NCBI GenBank assembly: GCA_964550365.1
Contig: CAZJZC010000001.1
Span: forward strand, 12,863-76,862
DNA: 64,000 nucleotides
Direction: 5' to 3'
Source of the DNA: an uncultured Gemmatimonadales bacterium
GTDB taxonomy: Bacteria; Gemmatimonadota; Gemmatimonadetes; Gemmatimonadales; JACORV01
Made by a program: the position numbers and the translations under genes. Positions 44,041 through 54,473 of this stretch are shown one piece after another. The notes under the pieces are model-generated. The model saw nothing but the letters and a program-made list of their open reading frames with translations, was not told the origin of the DNA and did not search any database. Position 1 is the first letter of the stretch, and each line of letters opens with the position of its first letter.

Positions 44041-46185
44041 ATGAACCGCTCATGGTCTCCGTTGCTTCTTGCCTTCGTGTTCATGGCGGCCTGCCGCAAG
44101 GACGTGGGCCCCGATCCCGAACTTCAGCTCACGCCCGACGTGATCGCCTTCGCGGCGGTCAACGGCGGCGCCAATCCCACGCCGCAGAACGTGGTGATCA
44201 CCGAGCCTGGCGGGCGCTCGCTGACCGACATCACCGTCACCATCACCTATGGCGGCGGCGAACCGACGGGCTGGCTGAATGTCACGCTCGGCGGCACCTC
44301 GGCGCCGGCCACGATGACGCTGAACGCCACGACCGGGACGCTCGCGGCGGGGCAGTACTCGGCGACCGTCGAGGTCGCGGCCCCGCTGGCCACCAACTCG
44401 CCGCTGGCCCTGCCGGTGACCTTCCAGGTCGCCAGCCCCGGCGCGGCGGTGATCTCGCTCTCGACCAACACCATCGGCTTCGGCGCCACGGCCGGCGGCA
44501 GCAACCCGCCCTCGCAGACGGTCAGCGTCACGAACAGCGGCGTCGGCGTGCTCAACCTCGGGGTGGGGACCATCACCTACGGCGCGGGACAGCCGACCGG
44601 CTGGCTGGTGGCCTCGCTGAACCAGGCGACGGCCCCGGCGAACCTCACGCTGACGGCCGCGCTCGGCTCGCTGGGCGCCGGGACCTACACGGCCACCGTG
44701 CCGGTGACCTCCACCAACGGCGTCAACAGTCCGCAGAACGTCACCGTCGGCTTCCTGGTCCAGTCGGGTGGTGGTGGCGGCGGCGGCGGCCCACCCAACC
44801 TCATCAACCCGGCCTGCAACCCGTACCCGACGCCGACCGTCCCGGCGCCGCTGCGGACCTTCTACGTCGATGCCGCCGGCGGGAACGATGCGGCCAACGG
44901 CACCACGCCCGCGACGGCGTGGAAGACGCTCCCCCGGGCCAACAACGCGGTCCAGCCGGGCGACCTGGTCCTGGTCCGCGGCGTGTTCTCGAACCAGAAC
45001 ATCCGGCCCATCGTCTCGGGCACCGCGACCAACAAGATCGTCTACCGGGTCCTCCCCGGCGACTCGGCGCGCATCACCATCGGGCAGTTCGACGTGGCCC
45101 TGTGGCTGGACGGCCGCAGCCACATCGTGGTCGACGGGTTCGAGATCAACAACGTGATCAACCCGTTCCTGATGCGCTTCGGCGCGTCGAACAACTGGCT
45201 GTTCAACCTGTACATCCACGACACCGGCGGCAGTATCATCTCCGGCAGCGACGACAACCGGGTCGAGGGCAGCCGCATCCTGCGGGTCGGCAGCGAGGCG
45301 AACAACTCGGGCGACGCCATCTTCATCCAGGACGGCGCCGACCGGAACATCATCGTCCGCAACGAGGTCGGGTTCGGCGGCCACGGGACCATCTGGGTCA
45401 GCTTCCAGAGCGCGTCCGAGCAGACGGCGAACGACAACGTCATCGCGCAGAACGACACCTACAACCCGTGGGCCTCGGGCATGGGCCTGAACGGCAAGGC
45501 GGTCCGCACCATCGTCGAGTGCAACCGCATCCACCACTCGGCCGACGGCACCGGGATCAACTACGCCCGCACCGGCCTGGAGATCGAAGGCATCGACAAC
45601 ATCATCCGCTTCAACGAGCTGTACCGGAGCGGCGCGTTCGGCATGACCGTGCAGGGCCGGACCTTCGGCGGCTTCCTCCAGCATGCGACCGGCAACCTCA
45701 TCTACGGCAACACCTTCTGGCGCAACGGGCGGGGCAGCATCGAACTGGTCCAGCGCGACAACGGCACGGTGCGGAACAACATCTTCGAGAACAACATCCA
45801 CTGGAACGACGCGGGGATGCTGGACCAGGGCACCCGCTACACGATCGTGCTCGACATGTTCAACGCGAACAGCGGCAACATCCTGGCGCCCGGGAACATG
45901 GGCGGCAACATCGTCCGGCACAGCATCTTCCCGCCCAACCAGACCACGGTCCTGATGGTCCGGAAGGCCGGGGACGGCGGCAACACCGCGTACAATCTCG
46001 CCGCGGCGCTCGCCACCTTCACCGGCTGGACGAACATCACCACCAGCGATCCGCTGTTCACGAACGAGGCGCAGGACAACGTGATCCTGCAGACGACGAG
46101 TCCGGCGATCAACGCCGGCCGGGTGATCTCGAACCACCCGTTCCTCGGGTCGGCGCCGGACCTCGGGGCGCGCGAACGCCAGTAG
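44041..46185 (+). CDS. Lipoprotein with two tandem Ig/BACON-like repeats, a Gly8 linker and a right-handed parallel beta-helix (pectate-lyase-fold) domain
   Basis: Trimmed to ATG 44041 (GAGGAAGGG upstream). Lipobox FVFMAAC. Two ~105-aa repeats: ITYGGGEPTGWLNVTL...AGQYSATVEV...NSPLALPVTFQV and ITYGAGQPTGWLVASL...AGTYTATVPV...NSPQNVTVGFLV. GGGGGGGG linker. Beta-helix turns include NRVEGSRI, RNIIVRNEV, NDNVIAQND, NIIRFNELY, GNLIYGNTF and VRNNIFENN. Confidence 0.8.
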   Translation: MNRSWSPLLLAFVFMAACRKDVGPDPELQLTPDVIAFAAVNGGANPTPQNVVITEPGGRSLTDITVTITYGGGEPTGWLNVTLGGTSAPATMTLNATTGTLAAGQYSATVEVAAPLATNSPLALPVTFQVASPGAAVISLSTNTIGFGATAGGSNPPSQTVSVTNSGVGVLNLGVGTITYGAGQPTGWLVASLNQATAPANLTLTAALGSLGAGTYTATVPVTSTNGVNSPQNVTVGFLVQSGGGGGGGGPPNLINPACNPYPTPTVPAPLRTFYVDAAGGNDAANGTTPATAWKTLPRANNAVQPGDLVLVRGVFSNQNIRPIVSGTATNKIVYRVLPGDSARITIGQFDVALWLDGRSHIVVDGFEINNVINPFLMRFGASNNWLFNLYIHDTGGSIISGSDDNRVEGSRILRVGSEANNSGDAIFIQDGADRNIIVRNEVGFGGHGTIWVSFQSASEQTANDNVIAQNDTYNPWASGMGLNGKAVRTIVECNRIHHSADGTGINYARTGLEIEGIDNIIRFNELYRSGAFGMTVQGRTFGGFLQHATGNLIYGNTFWRNGRGSIELVQRDNGTVRNNIFENNIHWNDAGMLDQGTRYTIVLDMFNANSGNILAPGNMGGNIVRHSIFPPNQTTVLMVRKAGDGGNTAYNLAAALATFTGWTNITTSDPLFTNEAQDNVILQTTSPAINAGRVISNHPFLGSAPDLGARERQ

Positions 46186-46194
46186 GCCGGCCGC

Positions 46195-47256
46195 TCAGGG
46201 AGCCAGGCGGCCGAGCGCGCTCCGCAGGCCGGCGACCTTGCCGGCCAGCATGGTGACCGTGGTCCTGGCGCTGACGCCGATCCGGGGCAGCAGGAGCGGG
46301 TCGTCCCCCCGGGCCGCCAGCCGCTCGGCGGCCGGGTCGTGCGTCGCGGTGACCGCGCCCAGGAACCCCGCGGCGCCCAGCAGCGCGGGCGAGCGCCCGG
46401 TCCGTCCCTCCGGATAACAGAAGGCCGTTCCCGCCCGAGCGCCCAGCCGGGCGTCGAGCGCGGCACGGCAGCGGCGCAGGTCCTCGAGCACCTCGTCATC
46501 GGTCAGCGCATCGAGCACCCGGTGAGCGGCCGAATGGCCGCCGAAATCGACGGCGCCCGGCGCGGCGCGCGCTTCGTCCCAGGTCATCGGGCGCAACGGC
46601 CCCGCCCCCTCGCGCGCCGGCGACACGCCCAGGGCGTCGCGCAGTCGGCCCAGCGCCTCGCGCCGCGCGGCCAGAGTCGCGCCGCGGAGCCGCTCGGCGC
46701 CCAGTGACAGCGCGCCCTGCATCCCCGCCCCGGTGGTGAGGTCCAGCTCGCCCCAGCCTTCGACCGGGACCCGGCGGCCGAGCCCTTCGGCCAGCACGGC
46801 CGGGAGCTCGTCCCACCAGTAGGGACCGCCGGCGTCCAGGTAGTCCGTGGCGAGGAAGATCGTGGCGGGCAGGCCGAGGCGCTCCAGCTCGGGCGCCGCC
46901 AGTTCCAGGTTGTTGGCGTAGCCGTCGTCGAAGGTCACGGCGAGCGCGGCGCGGGGCAGGTCCGCGCCGCGCCGCAGGGCCGCGATCGCGTCCTCGAGAC
47001 GCACCACCGCGTAGTGCCGCGCCAGGTACTCCAGGTGGTCGCGGAACCGGTCCGCCCCGAGGTGCAGGCCGCCGGCCGCCACCCAGGGCGGCGGCGGCTC
47101 GGCGACGATGCTGTGGTAGCAGAGGATGGGCAGGGCGCGCGCGTTGCGCTTCCGCAGGAGGGCGTCGGCGCCCGACCATCGCGCCGCGGCGTAGACGCCC
47201 CGCGCCACGCTCGCACGCAGGAGGTCGGGGCTGGGCGGCTGCGGCAGGCCTACCAT
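46195..47256 (-). CDS. Polysaccharide deacetylase (NodB/CE4-like)
   Basis: C-terminal 353 aa of a 790-aa track ORF, starting at ATG 47256. LCYHSI, AVTFDDGYANN and FGGHSAAHRVL. Confidence 0.84.
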   Translation of the reverse strand: MVGLPQPPSPDLLRASVARGVYAAARWSGADALLRKRNARALPILCYHSIVAEPPPPWVAAGGLHLGADRFRDHLEYLARHYAVVRLEDAIAALRRGADLPRAALAVTFDDGYANNLELAAPELERLGLPATIFLATDYLDAGGPYWWDELPAVLAEGLGRRVPVEGWGELDLTTGAGMQGALSLGAERLRGATLAARREALGRLRDALGVSPAREGAGPLRPMTWDEARAAPGAVDFGGHSAAHRVLDALTDDEVLEDLRRCRAALDARLGARAGTAFCYPEGRTGRSPALLGAAGFLGAVTATHDPAAERLAARGDDPLLLPRIGVSARTTVTMLAGKVAGLRSALGRLAP

Positions 47257-48473
47257 CCGAGGTGCGTCCCCACCAGCCGGGCCATCTCGAGGCACCGCCC
47301 GCTCCAGGACTCGCCCGCCATCGCCCCCGCCTGGTCGCGGCGCCAGGCCGCGTCGTGGCCGGCCTCGAGGAAGTGGCGGACACCCGCCACGAACGCGTCC
47401 GGGTCGGAGGCCGTGCGCAGGCCGGCGTAGCCGCTCAGCGCCCGGATCTCCGGCAGGGCGGTCGCGACCACCGGCGCGCCGGCCGAGAGGTACTCGCGCA
47501 GCTTGATGGGGTTCACGGCGACGGTCAGGTCGCTCACCACGAACGGGATGAGCGCGACGTCGAAGGCGGCCGTGTACGCCGGGAGGGTGTCGTAGGGGCG
47601 CTGGCCGAGGAGGCGGACGTTCGGCAGGCGTTCGAGGCGGCCGACGTCGACCTGGGCGCGGCCGATGAGCACCAGCGTGGTCGCGGGGAAGGCCTCCGCG
47701 AGACGCACGATCAGGTCCTGGTCCAGCCACTCGTGCAGCAGGCCGAAGAACCCCAGGATCGGCGTGGTGATGTCGGCGATGTCCGCCGGGCGGTTCGTGG
47801 GCTCGAGCGCGGCGGCGGCGAAGTGCGCCCAGTCGACGCCGTGGGGCAGCAGGTAGGCGCGGTCGGTGTGGGCCCGGCAGTCCTCGAGCAGGGCGGCGGC
47901 CGAGGCGAACACCACGTCGGCCTCGCGGCACAGCCGCTCGTGGCACGAGCGCATGACGTCGCCGTCGTAGTCGCCGAAGGCCCACCAGCGGTCCACGCAG
48001 TGATAGACCAGCCCGGCACGCGGGAAGCTGTCCAGGTACGGCGCGACGGTCGGCGTGTAGACCCACAGGAGCGGGGCCCCGTCGCCCAGGCCGGCCATCG
48101 ACCGCCGCACGGCGCGCCGGTAGAGCGCCGCGTTGACCCGTTCCGCGAGCCGGTTCCCCGGCAGGGGGATGCTGAGCGGGCTGGCCACGCGCAGGCGCCC
48201 CTCGCTGGGCCGGCGCGCGGCCCCGGCCGAGCGGCGCAGGCGCTGGGCGATGCGCTGGAGGTCCATCACGTTCGACAGCTTCGGCCGCCGCATGCCGCTC
48301 GACTCGACCCAGACGACGTCGGTCGCCTCGGCGTAGAGACGCATGATGTGGTGCTTGCTGGTCGGATCCCCGTTCCAGTCGTTGGCGAAGCAGACCACCG
48401 TCGGCCACGCCTCGAGCAGGCCGCGCATCTCGGCCCGCAGGGCCGCTTCGGCGCCCGCCGTCGGTGCGCTCAC
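47250..48473 (-). CDS. Glycosyltransferase (GT-B, family 1/4-like)
   Basis: 407 aa. GTG 48473 overlaps the upstream stop (GTGA). WVESSGMRRP, then the C-terminal part ALIPFVVSDLTVAVNPIKLREYLSAGAPVVAT. Confidence 0.78.
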   Translation of the reverse strand: MSAPTAGAEAALRAEMRGLLEAWPTVVCFANDWNGDPTSKHHIMRLYAEATDVVWVESSGMRRPKLSNVMDLQRIAQRLRRSAGAARRPSEGRLRVASPLSIPLPGNRLAERVNAALYRRAVRRSMAGLGDGAPLLWVYTPTVAPYLDSFPRAGLVYHCVDRWWAFGDYDGDVMRSCHERLCREADVVFASAAALLEDCRAHTDRAYLLPHGVDWAHFAAAALEPTNRPADIADITTPILGFFGLLHEWLDQDLIVRLAEAFPATTLVLIGRAQVDVGRLERLPNVRLLGQRPYDTLPAYTAAFDVALIPFVVSDLTVAVNPIKLREYLSAGAPVVATALPEIRALSGYAGLRTASDPDAFVAGVRHFLEAGHDAAWRRDQAGAMAGESWSGRCLEMARLVGTHLGW

Positions 48474-50398
48474 GCGTCATCTCCCCGGGCGATCGTGGTG
48501 ACCACCCGCATCGGCATGGTGACCTCGCCCCGCGCCAGCAGGCTGGGCCGTTCGTAGCGCGTGCCATAGCGGTCGCTCGCCGGCGCCGTGCCGACCTCGA
48601 ACCCGAGGCCCGGGGGGAGCGCCACGCGGATCACCACCGCGGGCGTCCCGGGCAGACGCACCAGCCAGGCCGACGGCCCGTCGGCGCGGCTGACGACCTC
48701 GCCGGCCGCCAGGTGCAGGCGCCAGGTCACCGGTTCGCGGCCCCGCCCCTCGAGCGTGTCGGTGATCGTCCAGGTGCGGGCGGCCGCCTCGAACTCGATC
48801 CGGCGCCGGCAGCGGGCGCGCGAGGGGCGGTGCGCGAAGCCGTGGTGCTCGCCCTCGAAGATCTGGCGGTCCGCGTCGGCGGCGAACGTGCGGCAGGCCG
48901 ACCGGGTTCGGTCGGCCAGCACCCGCCACGGACGCTCGACGCTGATGGGGTTCTGCTCCTCGTCCGCCACCTGCAGGACCCCGTGCGCCGCGGTGGACCG
49001 GAAGGCGTACCGCGCCGCCAGGTCACGCGTGTAGGCGTAGGTGCCGCTGTCGGCCACCACGCGGCGCGCGCCGATGACCAGTTCGAACGCGAGCTGGTCG
49101 TTGTGGTCGTGACTCCCGGCGCCGCGCAGTCCCACGGCGCCGCACCGCACCACGCAGTGGTCGTCGCCGTGCCGCAGGACGTAGAAGCCGCCCGCCGGGA
49201 AGGCCGCCGGGCCCGGCGGTCCGGCGGGCCACCAGTCGTCGGGCAGGCCCAGGGCGTGCCGGCGCGGCGCGTCCTCGGCCGCGGCGTCCATGGCGAACAG
49301 CCGCCCGTCGTCGGCGTCGCCCAGCAGCGGCGCCTGGCCGTCGGCCGGCAGGCAGGCCGCGATGAACGCGTACATCGCGCGCAGGCGCTGGTCGTAGCGC
49401 AGATCGACGCCGCCGGGCGCGTTGTGCGCCAGCAGGTCCCGGCTCCAGGCGAAGCACTCGGTCACCAGCCGATGATAGCCGATCGAGCCCTCGAACGAGA
49501 CCCCGTCGTCCCCCACCTGGATCCCGATCTCGGCACCGAGGATGCGCGCGCCGGTGCGCAGCCAGCGGTCGCCCTGCGGCGTCCCGCGGAAGCACACGCC
49601 CAGGGCCGCCAGCCCGGCCGCTTCGGCCACGTAGTGGTTGCCCCGGTAGACGGGGTGCCACTCCAGGTAGCGTTCCACGAAGCGGCCGGTGACCAGCAGG
49701 TCGGCGAGCAGGGCCGACCACGTCCCGGCGTCGATCGCCTCGTCGTGCGCGAAGATGCTGGCGGCGAGGATCCAGTTCGCGGCCCGGATCGCGGCGTCCA
49801 TGGGCGCGATCCAGTGCGGGCCGAGGCCCAGCGGGTTGTCGTCGATCCACGAGCGGACCTGGCCGACGAAGGCGTCGCGGTAGCGCGGCTCGCCGGTCCG
49901 CGCATGGGCCCGGGCCAGGGCCAGGAAGTGGCGGCAGCGTGACAGCTCCCAGACGGTGCGGATGTCGGACCCGTCGCCGCGGACGATATCGTGATGCCCC
50001 AGGCCGCGCAGAGGCCACTCCCGCCCGCTGTAGAGGTCGCGTCGCCAGGCGGGCGGCATGCCGAGGTCCACCGGACCGGAGCCGATGAGGTCGAAGACGC
50101 CCCGGGCGGCGCGGTCGGCCAGCGCGACGTCGGCGTCGGTGCAGGTCGAGCGGGCCCACTCGACCTCGCCGCCGGCGGGCAGCCACAGCCGGCCGCCGCC
50201 CGGGCGCGCCAGCCAGGCCGCCATCGGCGCCGGCCGCCCGCCCCATTCGGTCCGCCAGCGCCGGGCCCAGGCGTCGGCGCGCGCGGCGCTGCGGGCGAAC
50301 CCGCCCAGGCGCCGGTCGGCGGTGCGGCGGGCGGCCAGCATCGCCTTCCAGGCGGTCAGCCGGGCCGCGTCGGCGGCCGACAGGCCCGACAGGCCCAT
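48470..50398 (-). CDS. Heparinase II/III-like (alginate-lyase-fold) protein
   Basis: 642 aa. An N-terminal all-alpha toroid-like region (IRTVWELSRCRHFLALARAH, NHYVAEAAGLAALG) is followed by HDHNDQLAFEL, which is typical of the Hepar_II_III C-terminal domain. Confidence 0.82.
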   Translation of the reverse strand: MGLSGLSAADAARLTAWKAMLAARRTADRRLGGFARSAARADAWARRWRTEWGGRPAPMAAWLARPGGGRLWLPAGGEVEWARSTCTDADVALADRAARGVFDLIGSGPVDLGMPPAWRRDLYSGREWPLRGLGHHDIVRGDGSDIRTVWELSRCRHFLALARAHARTGEPRYRDAFVGQVRSWIDDNPLGLGPHWIAPMDAAIRAANWILAASIFAHDEAIDAGTWSALLADLLVTGRFVERYLEWHPVYRGNHYVAEAAGLAALGVCFRGTPQGDRWLRTGARILGAEIGIQVGDDGVSFEGSIGYHRLVTECFAWSRDLLAHNAPGGVDLRYDQRLRAMYAFIAACLPADGQAPLLGDADDGRLFAMDAAAEDAPRRHALGLPDDWWPAGPPGPAAFPAGGFYVLRHGDDHCVVRCGAVGLRGAGSHDHNDQLAFELVIGARRVVADSGTYAYTRDLAARYAFRSTAAHGVLQVADEEQNPISVERPWRVLADRTRSACRTFAADADRQIFEGEHHGFAHRPSRARCRRRIEFEAAARTWTITDTLEGRGREPVTWRLHLAAGEVVSRADGPSAWLVRLPGTPAVVIRVALPPGLGFEVGTAPASDRYGTRYERPSLLARGEVTMPMRVVTTIARGDDA

Positions 50399-50412
50399 CC
50401 GGGCCGCCAGGT

Positions 50413-52353
50413 TCAGCGCGGGTCGACCCAGTGGTCGTACCAGGCGCAGAGGTTCAGCAGGTTCCAGAGGCGGAACGCGTAGTCGGCACGGCCGTCACGG
50501 TGCGCGCGGAACAGCGCGCGCAGGTGGTCGGCGTCGAAGATGTCGCGGCGCATGATGCTCGACCCGAGCACCGCGTCCTCGGCCCAGGCGCCGAGCGGCT
50601 CGGCCCGCAGCCAGTCGGCCAGGGGCACGTCGAAGCCCTTCTTCGGGCGGTGCGCCACGGCCTCGCCCACCAGCCCTTCGGCGGCGCGCTTGAGGATGTG
50701 CTTGGTCCGGCCGTTGCGGAGCTTCATCGCGGCCGGCAGCGCGAAGCCCAGCTCGACCACGCGATGGTCGAGGAACGGCACCCGGGCCTCGATGGAGCTG
50801 AGCATCGTCATCTTGTCCACCCGCATCAGGAGCAGTTCGGGCAGGCGGACCATGAAGTCCTGGTACGCCATCGCCGCCGCGTAGTCCCCCTCGGGGCTCA
50901 GCGCCGCGAACTCGGCCTGGTTGGCCGCCGCCACCGCGGCGCTCGACAGCACCGGCGCCAGCCGGTCCGCGGCGGCCGCCGTGAGCATCCGTCGCTTCTC
51001 GCCGTCCCAGTTGGCCACGGCGCCGCTGACGAACAGCGGCTCGCCGCGCGCGGCGCGGCCGAACAGGTCGCGTACCTCGCGCAGGCGGCTGGAGCCGGCG
51101 AGGGCGCCCGACGCCAGCGCGCCGACCGCCGCGCGCACCGGCGCGGGCAGGCCGAGGTAGCGCGCGTAGTAGCGCCGCTGGACGGCGGCATAGCGCCGGT
51201 ACCGGGGATACCCGGCGAACAGCTCGTCACTGCCCTCCCCCACCTGCACCACGATGACGCCCGAGTCGCGCACCAGCCGGGACAGCAGCTTGAGCGGCAG
51301 GCACACCCAGTCCGACAGGGGTTCGTCCTGGGCGTGCACCAGCTCGGGGATCATGCCGGCGACCTGGGAGGGCTGGAGCACCAGTTCGTGATGGTCGGCC
51401 GCGAAGTGCTTCGCCACCCGCGCCGCGTGCGGCCGCTCGTCGAAATGGGGCTGGCCGTCGAAGCCGACCGAGAAGGTCTGCACCGCGGCGCCGAGGTGCC
51501 GGCTCAGCAGGGCCAGGATGAGCGAGGAATCGAGACCCCCGGAGAGCAGCAGCCCGTGCGGGACGTCGGCCATGGTCTGCTCGATCACCGCCGAGTCCAG
51601 CAGGCCGAGCAGGTGGTCGGCGACCTCGGCCTCGCCGGCCCCGGCGAGACCGGCCGGCAGGGCGTGGCCCGCCGGCGACCACCAGCGCCGCGTCTCCATG
51701 CGGCCCGACGGGTCGGCGATGAGCACGTGGCCCGCCGGCAGCTTGCGGATGCCGGCGAACAGCGTCGCCGGCGGCGGCACGGCCGCGAAGGTGAGGTACT
51801 GCGCCAGCGCCGCCTCGTCGAGCTGGGCCGAGGCGCTGGGGTGGGCGAGGATGGCCTTGATCTCGGAGCCCCACAGCAGGGTGCGTCCGAACACGGCGTA
51901 GTACAGGGGCTTGATGCCGACCCTGTCGCGCGCGAGCACCAGGCGGCGGCGCGGCGCGTCCCAGATCGAGAAGGCGAACATCCCGCGCAGGCGGTCCAGC
52001 ATCCCCAGGTCGTGTTCCTCGTACAGGTGGATCAGCGTCTCGGTGTCGGTCCGGGAGCGATACCGGTGCCCGGCCTGCTCGAGCCCCGCGCGGTACTCGG
52101 CATGGTTGTAGACCTCGCCGTTGTAGCAGATCCAGACCGAGCCGTCCTCGTTGGCCATCGGGCCGCGCCCCGCCGCCGACAGGTCGACGATCGACAGCCG
52201 CCGGTGGCCCATGCCCACCGTGCACGAGGGGTCGACGTAGGTCCCCGCGTCGTCGGGCCCGCGGTGGACCATCGCGTCGCGCATCCGCTCGACCACGGCG
52301 GCCGTGACCGGGGGGGCACCCTCCAGCGCCATCGCGCCGCAGATGCCGCACAT
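50413..52353 (-). CDS. asnB: Asparagine synthase (glutamine-hydrolysing)-type amidotransferase, EPS-associated
   Basis: Trimmed to ATG 52353 (646 aa). N-terminal nucleophile MCGICG. The PP-loop is SGGLDSS. Confidence 0.92.
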   Translation of the reverse strand: MCGICGAMALEGAPPVTAAVVERMRDAMVHRGPDDAGTYVDPSCTVGMGHRRLSIVDLSAAGRGPMANEDGSVWICYNGEVYNHAEYRAGLEQAGHRYRSRTDTETLIHLYEEHDLGMLDRLRGMFAFSIWDAPRRRLVLARDRVGIKPLYYAVFGRTLLWGSEIKAILAHPSASAQLDEAALAQYLTFAAVPPPATLFAGIRKLPAGHVLIADPSGRMETRRWWSPAGHALPAGLAGAGEAEVADHLLGLLDSAVIEQTMADVPHGLLLSGGLDSSLILALLSRHLGAAVQTFSVGFDGQPHFDERPHAARVAKHFAADHHELVLQPSQVAGMIPELVHAQDEPLSDWVCLPLKLLSRLVRDSGVIVVQVGEGSDELFAGYPRYRRYAAVQRRYYARYLGLPAPVRAAVGALASGALAGSSRLREVRDLFGRAARGEPLFVSGAVANWDGEKRRMLTAAAADRLAPVLSSAAVAAANQAEFAALSPEGDYAAAMAYQDFMVRLPELLLMRVDKMTMLSSIEARVPFLDHRVVELGFALPAAMKLRNGRTKHILKRAAEGLVGEAVAHRPKKGFDVPLADWLRAEPLGAWAEDAVLGSSIMRRDIFDADHLRALFRAHRDGRADYAFRLWNLLNLCAWYDHWVDPR

Positions 52354-54473
52354 CAGCCGCGCACCTGGTCGCGGATGGCGAAGGTCGCCTCCGTGACCGA
52401 CCGCAGGGTGGCGGCGTCGATCGGCAGGGGCGGCCCCTCCGTCACGGCACGGTGGAACGCCTCCCACTCCTCCCGCAGGCCCTTGTTCACGCCCACCGGC
52501 CGGCCGCTCAGGAGGCCGGCGCGGTGACTGCGCGCCCGGCGGAAATCGTCTACTACGCCGACCTCGCCGCCCAGGTAGACCTCGATCCGCTCCTTGGGGA
52601 GCTGCTTGTGCCCCTGCGTGGTGTAGATCAGCGTGGCCAGTGTGCCGTCGGCGAACCGCAACTGCGCCGAGAAGTTGGCGTCCGGGCGCCCGGCCGAGCC
52701 GGCCATGGCCTGCACGCTCGCCAAGGGTCCGGCGGCGAGGAAGTGGAGCAGGTCCACCATGTGGCAGGCCTCGCCCACGACGCGCCCGCCGCCCTCCTCG
52801 CCGTGGGTCCAGTCGGCGCCGGTGCCCGGATCGGCGTTGACCCGGTACACCACGATCGGCGCTCCCTGGTGCGCGGCGATGCGCGCCTTGAGGAACGCCG
52901 CGGCCGACGAGAAGCGCCGGTTGAACCCCACCTGGAACGGGAGCCCCGTCGCCGTCACCGCGGCGAGGACGGCGTCGAGCTGGGTGGTGTCGAGGGCCAG
53001 GGGCTTCTCGAGGAACACCGCCTTGCCGGCCTCGAGCGCCGCGACGGCCATCTCCGCGTGCCGGTCGTGCCGCGTGGCGATGAGCACCGCGTCGACGTCG
53101 GACCGCTGGAGCAGTTCCCGGTAGTCGGTCGTGATGAACGACGCGCCGGCCTCCCGGGCCGCGTTGCGGGCGCTGACGCCGGTGCGGGTCGCAACGCCCG
53201 TGACCTGGAACCGGTCCTGCATGCCGCGGAGGTTCGGGACGTGAACCGCGCGGGTGAACGCGCCGGCGCCGAGGAGCCCGAGCCGGACGACGGACCCCCG
53301 GGCCGGCGCGGTCCGCGCGGGAACCGCCGGCGGCGCCGGTGCCGGGACGGCCGGGGCCGCCGGCGCCGCGTCGTAGCGCAGGGCGATGGCGAGCGGGGAC
53401 GACGCGCCCGCGATGAGCCGGAAGGCCTCGTCCGCCCGGTCCAGGGGCAGTTCGGTCTCGACCAGGGCATCCCACCGGACCGCGCCCGAGCGCAGCAGCT
53501 CGAGGTAGCTCTGCATGTTGCGGTTCTCGGTCCAGCGCACGTAGGCGGCCGGATAGTCGTGCCCCTGCTGTTCGTAGGTGGCATCGTAGCGTCCCGGGCC
53601 GTACGAGCAGGAGATGCGGACCTCGATCTCCTTCTCGTAGAACGGGGAGCGCGTCAGCGACAGGCCGACGTCGCCGACGACGACGACGGCGCCCCGCTTG
53701 CGGGTGAACGCCATCGCGTCGCGGATCGGCTGGTCGCTGCTGGTGGCGGCCGCGATGATGGTCCGGTCGGCGCCGAGTCCCCCGGTGAGCTCGCGCACCA
53801 TGGCGGCGACGTCCTCGGGCGGCGCCGCGGCCCGGGCGCCGAGCGCCAGGGCCATGTCCCGCCGGCCGGCCACCGGGTCCGCGGCCACCACCACGGCACC
53901 CGCCGCGCGGGCGAGCTGGACCGTGAGCATGCCCACGAGGCCCAGCCCCGAGACGACGACCACGTGGCCGATCTCGAGCTCGGCCTGCCGGACGCCCTGG
54001 AGGGCGATGGCGCCGACCGCGGCCGAGGCCGCGTCGCTCTCGCGCACGCCCTCGGGCACGGCGCAGACGAGATTGCGGGGCACCGCCACGAATTCGGCGT
54101 GCCAGGCGCACTCGGAGCCGGCGCAGGCCACCCGCTGGCCGACGCGCAGGTCGTCGATGCCCTCGCCGACCGCCTCGATGATCCCGGCGCACGAGTAGCC
54201 GGTGGCGACGTCGCTCTCGAGCTTGCTGCGGACCCGCGCCAGCGTGGCGCCGATGCCGTCGCGCAGGGCCGACTGGACGACCTGCATGGCCAGGTCGGGC
54301 CGGCGGCGGGCCTTGTCCAGCGCCGACTCGCCGGTGCTCTGGAGGTTGGCGCGCTCGGTCCCGGTGCTGATGACCGACCACGTGGTCCGCACCAGGACGG
54401 CGCCGCGCCCGGCGCGCGGCGGCGGCACCTCGACGACTTCCGCGCGACCTTCCCGCAGGACGACCTGCTTCAC
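52353..54473 (-). CDS. Bi-domain oxidoreductase (zinc-type alcohol dehydrogenase/MDR domain fused to Gfo/Idh/MocA domain)
   Basis: Trimmed to GTG 54473 (706 aa). The MDR half has [14 protein letters not shown] and [15 protein letters not shown]. An Ala/Pro linker joins the Gfo half with [11 protein letters not shown] and the EKP motif (VFLEKPLA). Its stop overlaps the asnB start. Confidence 0.87.
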   Translation of the reverse strand: MKQVVLREGRAEVVEVPPPRAGRGAVLVRTTWSVISTGTERANLQSTGESALDKARRRPDLAMQVVQSALRDGIGATLARVRSKLESDVATGYSCAGIIEAVGEGIDDLRVGQRVACAGSECAWHAEFVAVPRNLVCAVPEGVRESDAASAAVGAIALQGVRQAELEIGHVVVVSGLGLVGMLTVQLARAAGAVVVAADPVAGRRDMALALGARAAAPPEDVAAMVRELTGGLGADRTIIAAATSSDQPIRDAMAFTRKRGAVVVVGDVGLSLTRSPFYEKEIEVRISCSYGPGRYDATYEQQGHDYPAAYVRWTENRNMQSYLELLRSGAVRWDALVETELPLDRADEAFRLIAGASSPLAIALRYDAAPAAPAVPAPAPPAVPARTAPARGSVVRLGLLGAGAFTRAVHVPNLRGMQDRFQVTGVATRTGVSARNAAREAGASFITTDYRELLQRSDVDAVLIATRHDRHAEMAVAALEAGKAVFLEKPLALDTTQLDAVLAAVTATGLPFQVGFNRRFSSAAAFLKARIAAHQGAPIVVYRVNADPGTGADWTHGEEGGGRVVGEACHMVDLLHFLAAGPLASVQAMAGSAGRPDANFSAQLRFADGTLATLIYTTQGHKQLPKERIEVYLGGEVGVVDDFRRARSHRAGLLSGRPVGVNKGLREEWEAFHRAVTEGPPLPIDAATLRSVTEATFAIRDQVRG

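Noticed and set aside
44767-44790. (GGY)8 trinucleotide run as a phase-variation/contingency repeat
   Set aside because: It is an in-frame, imperfect codon repeat encoding a Gly8 interdomain linker. Slippage would only change linker length and would not switch the gene on or off.
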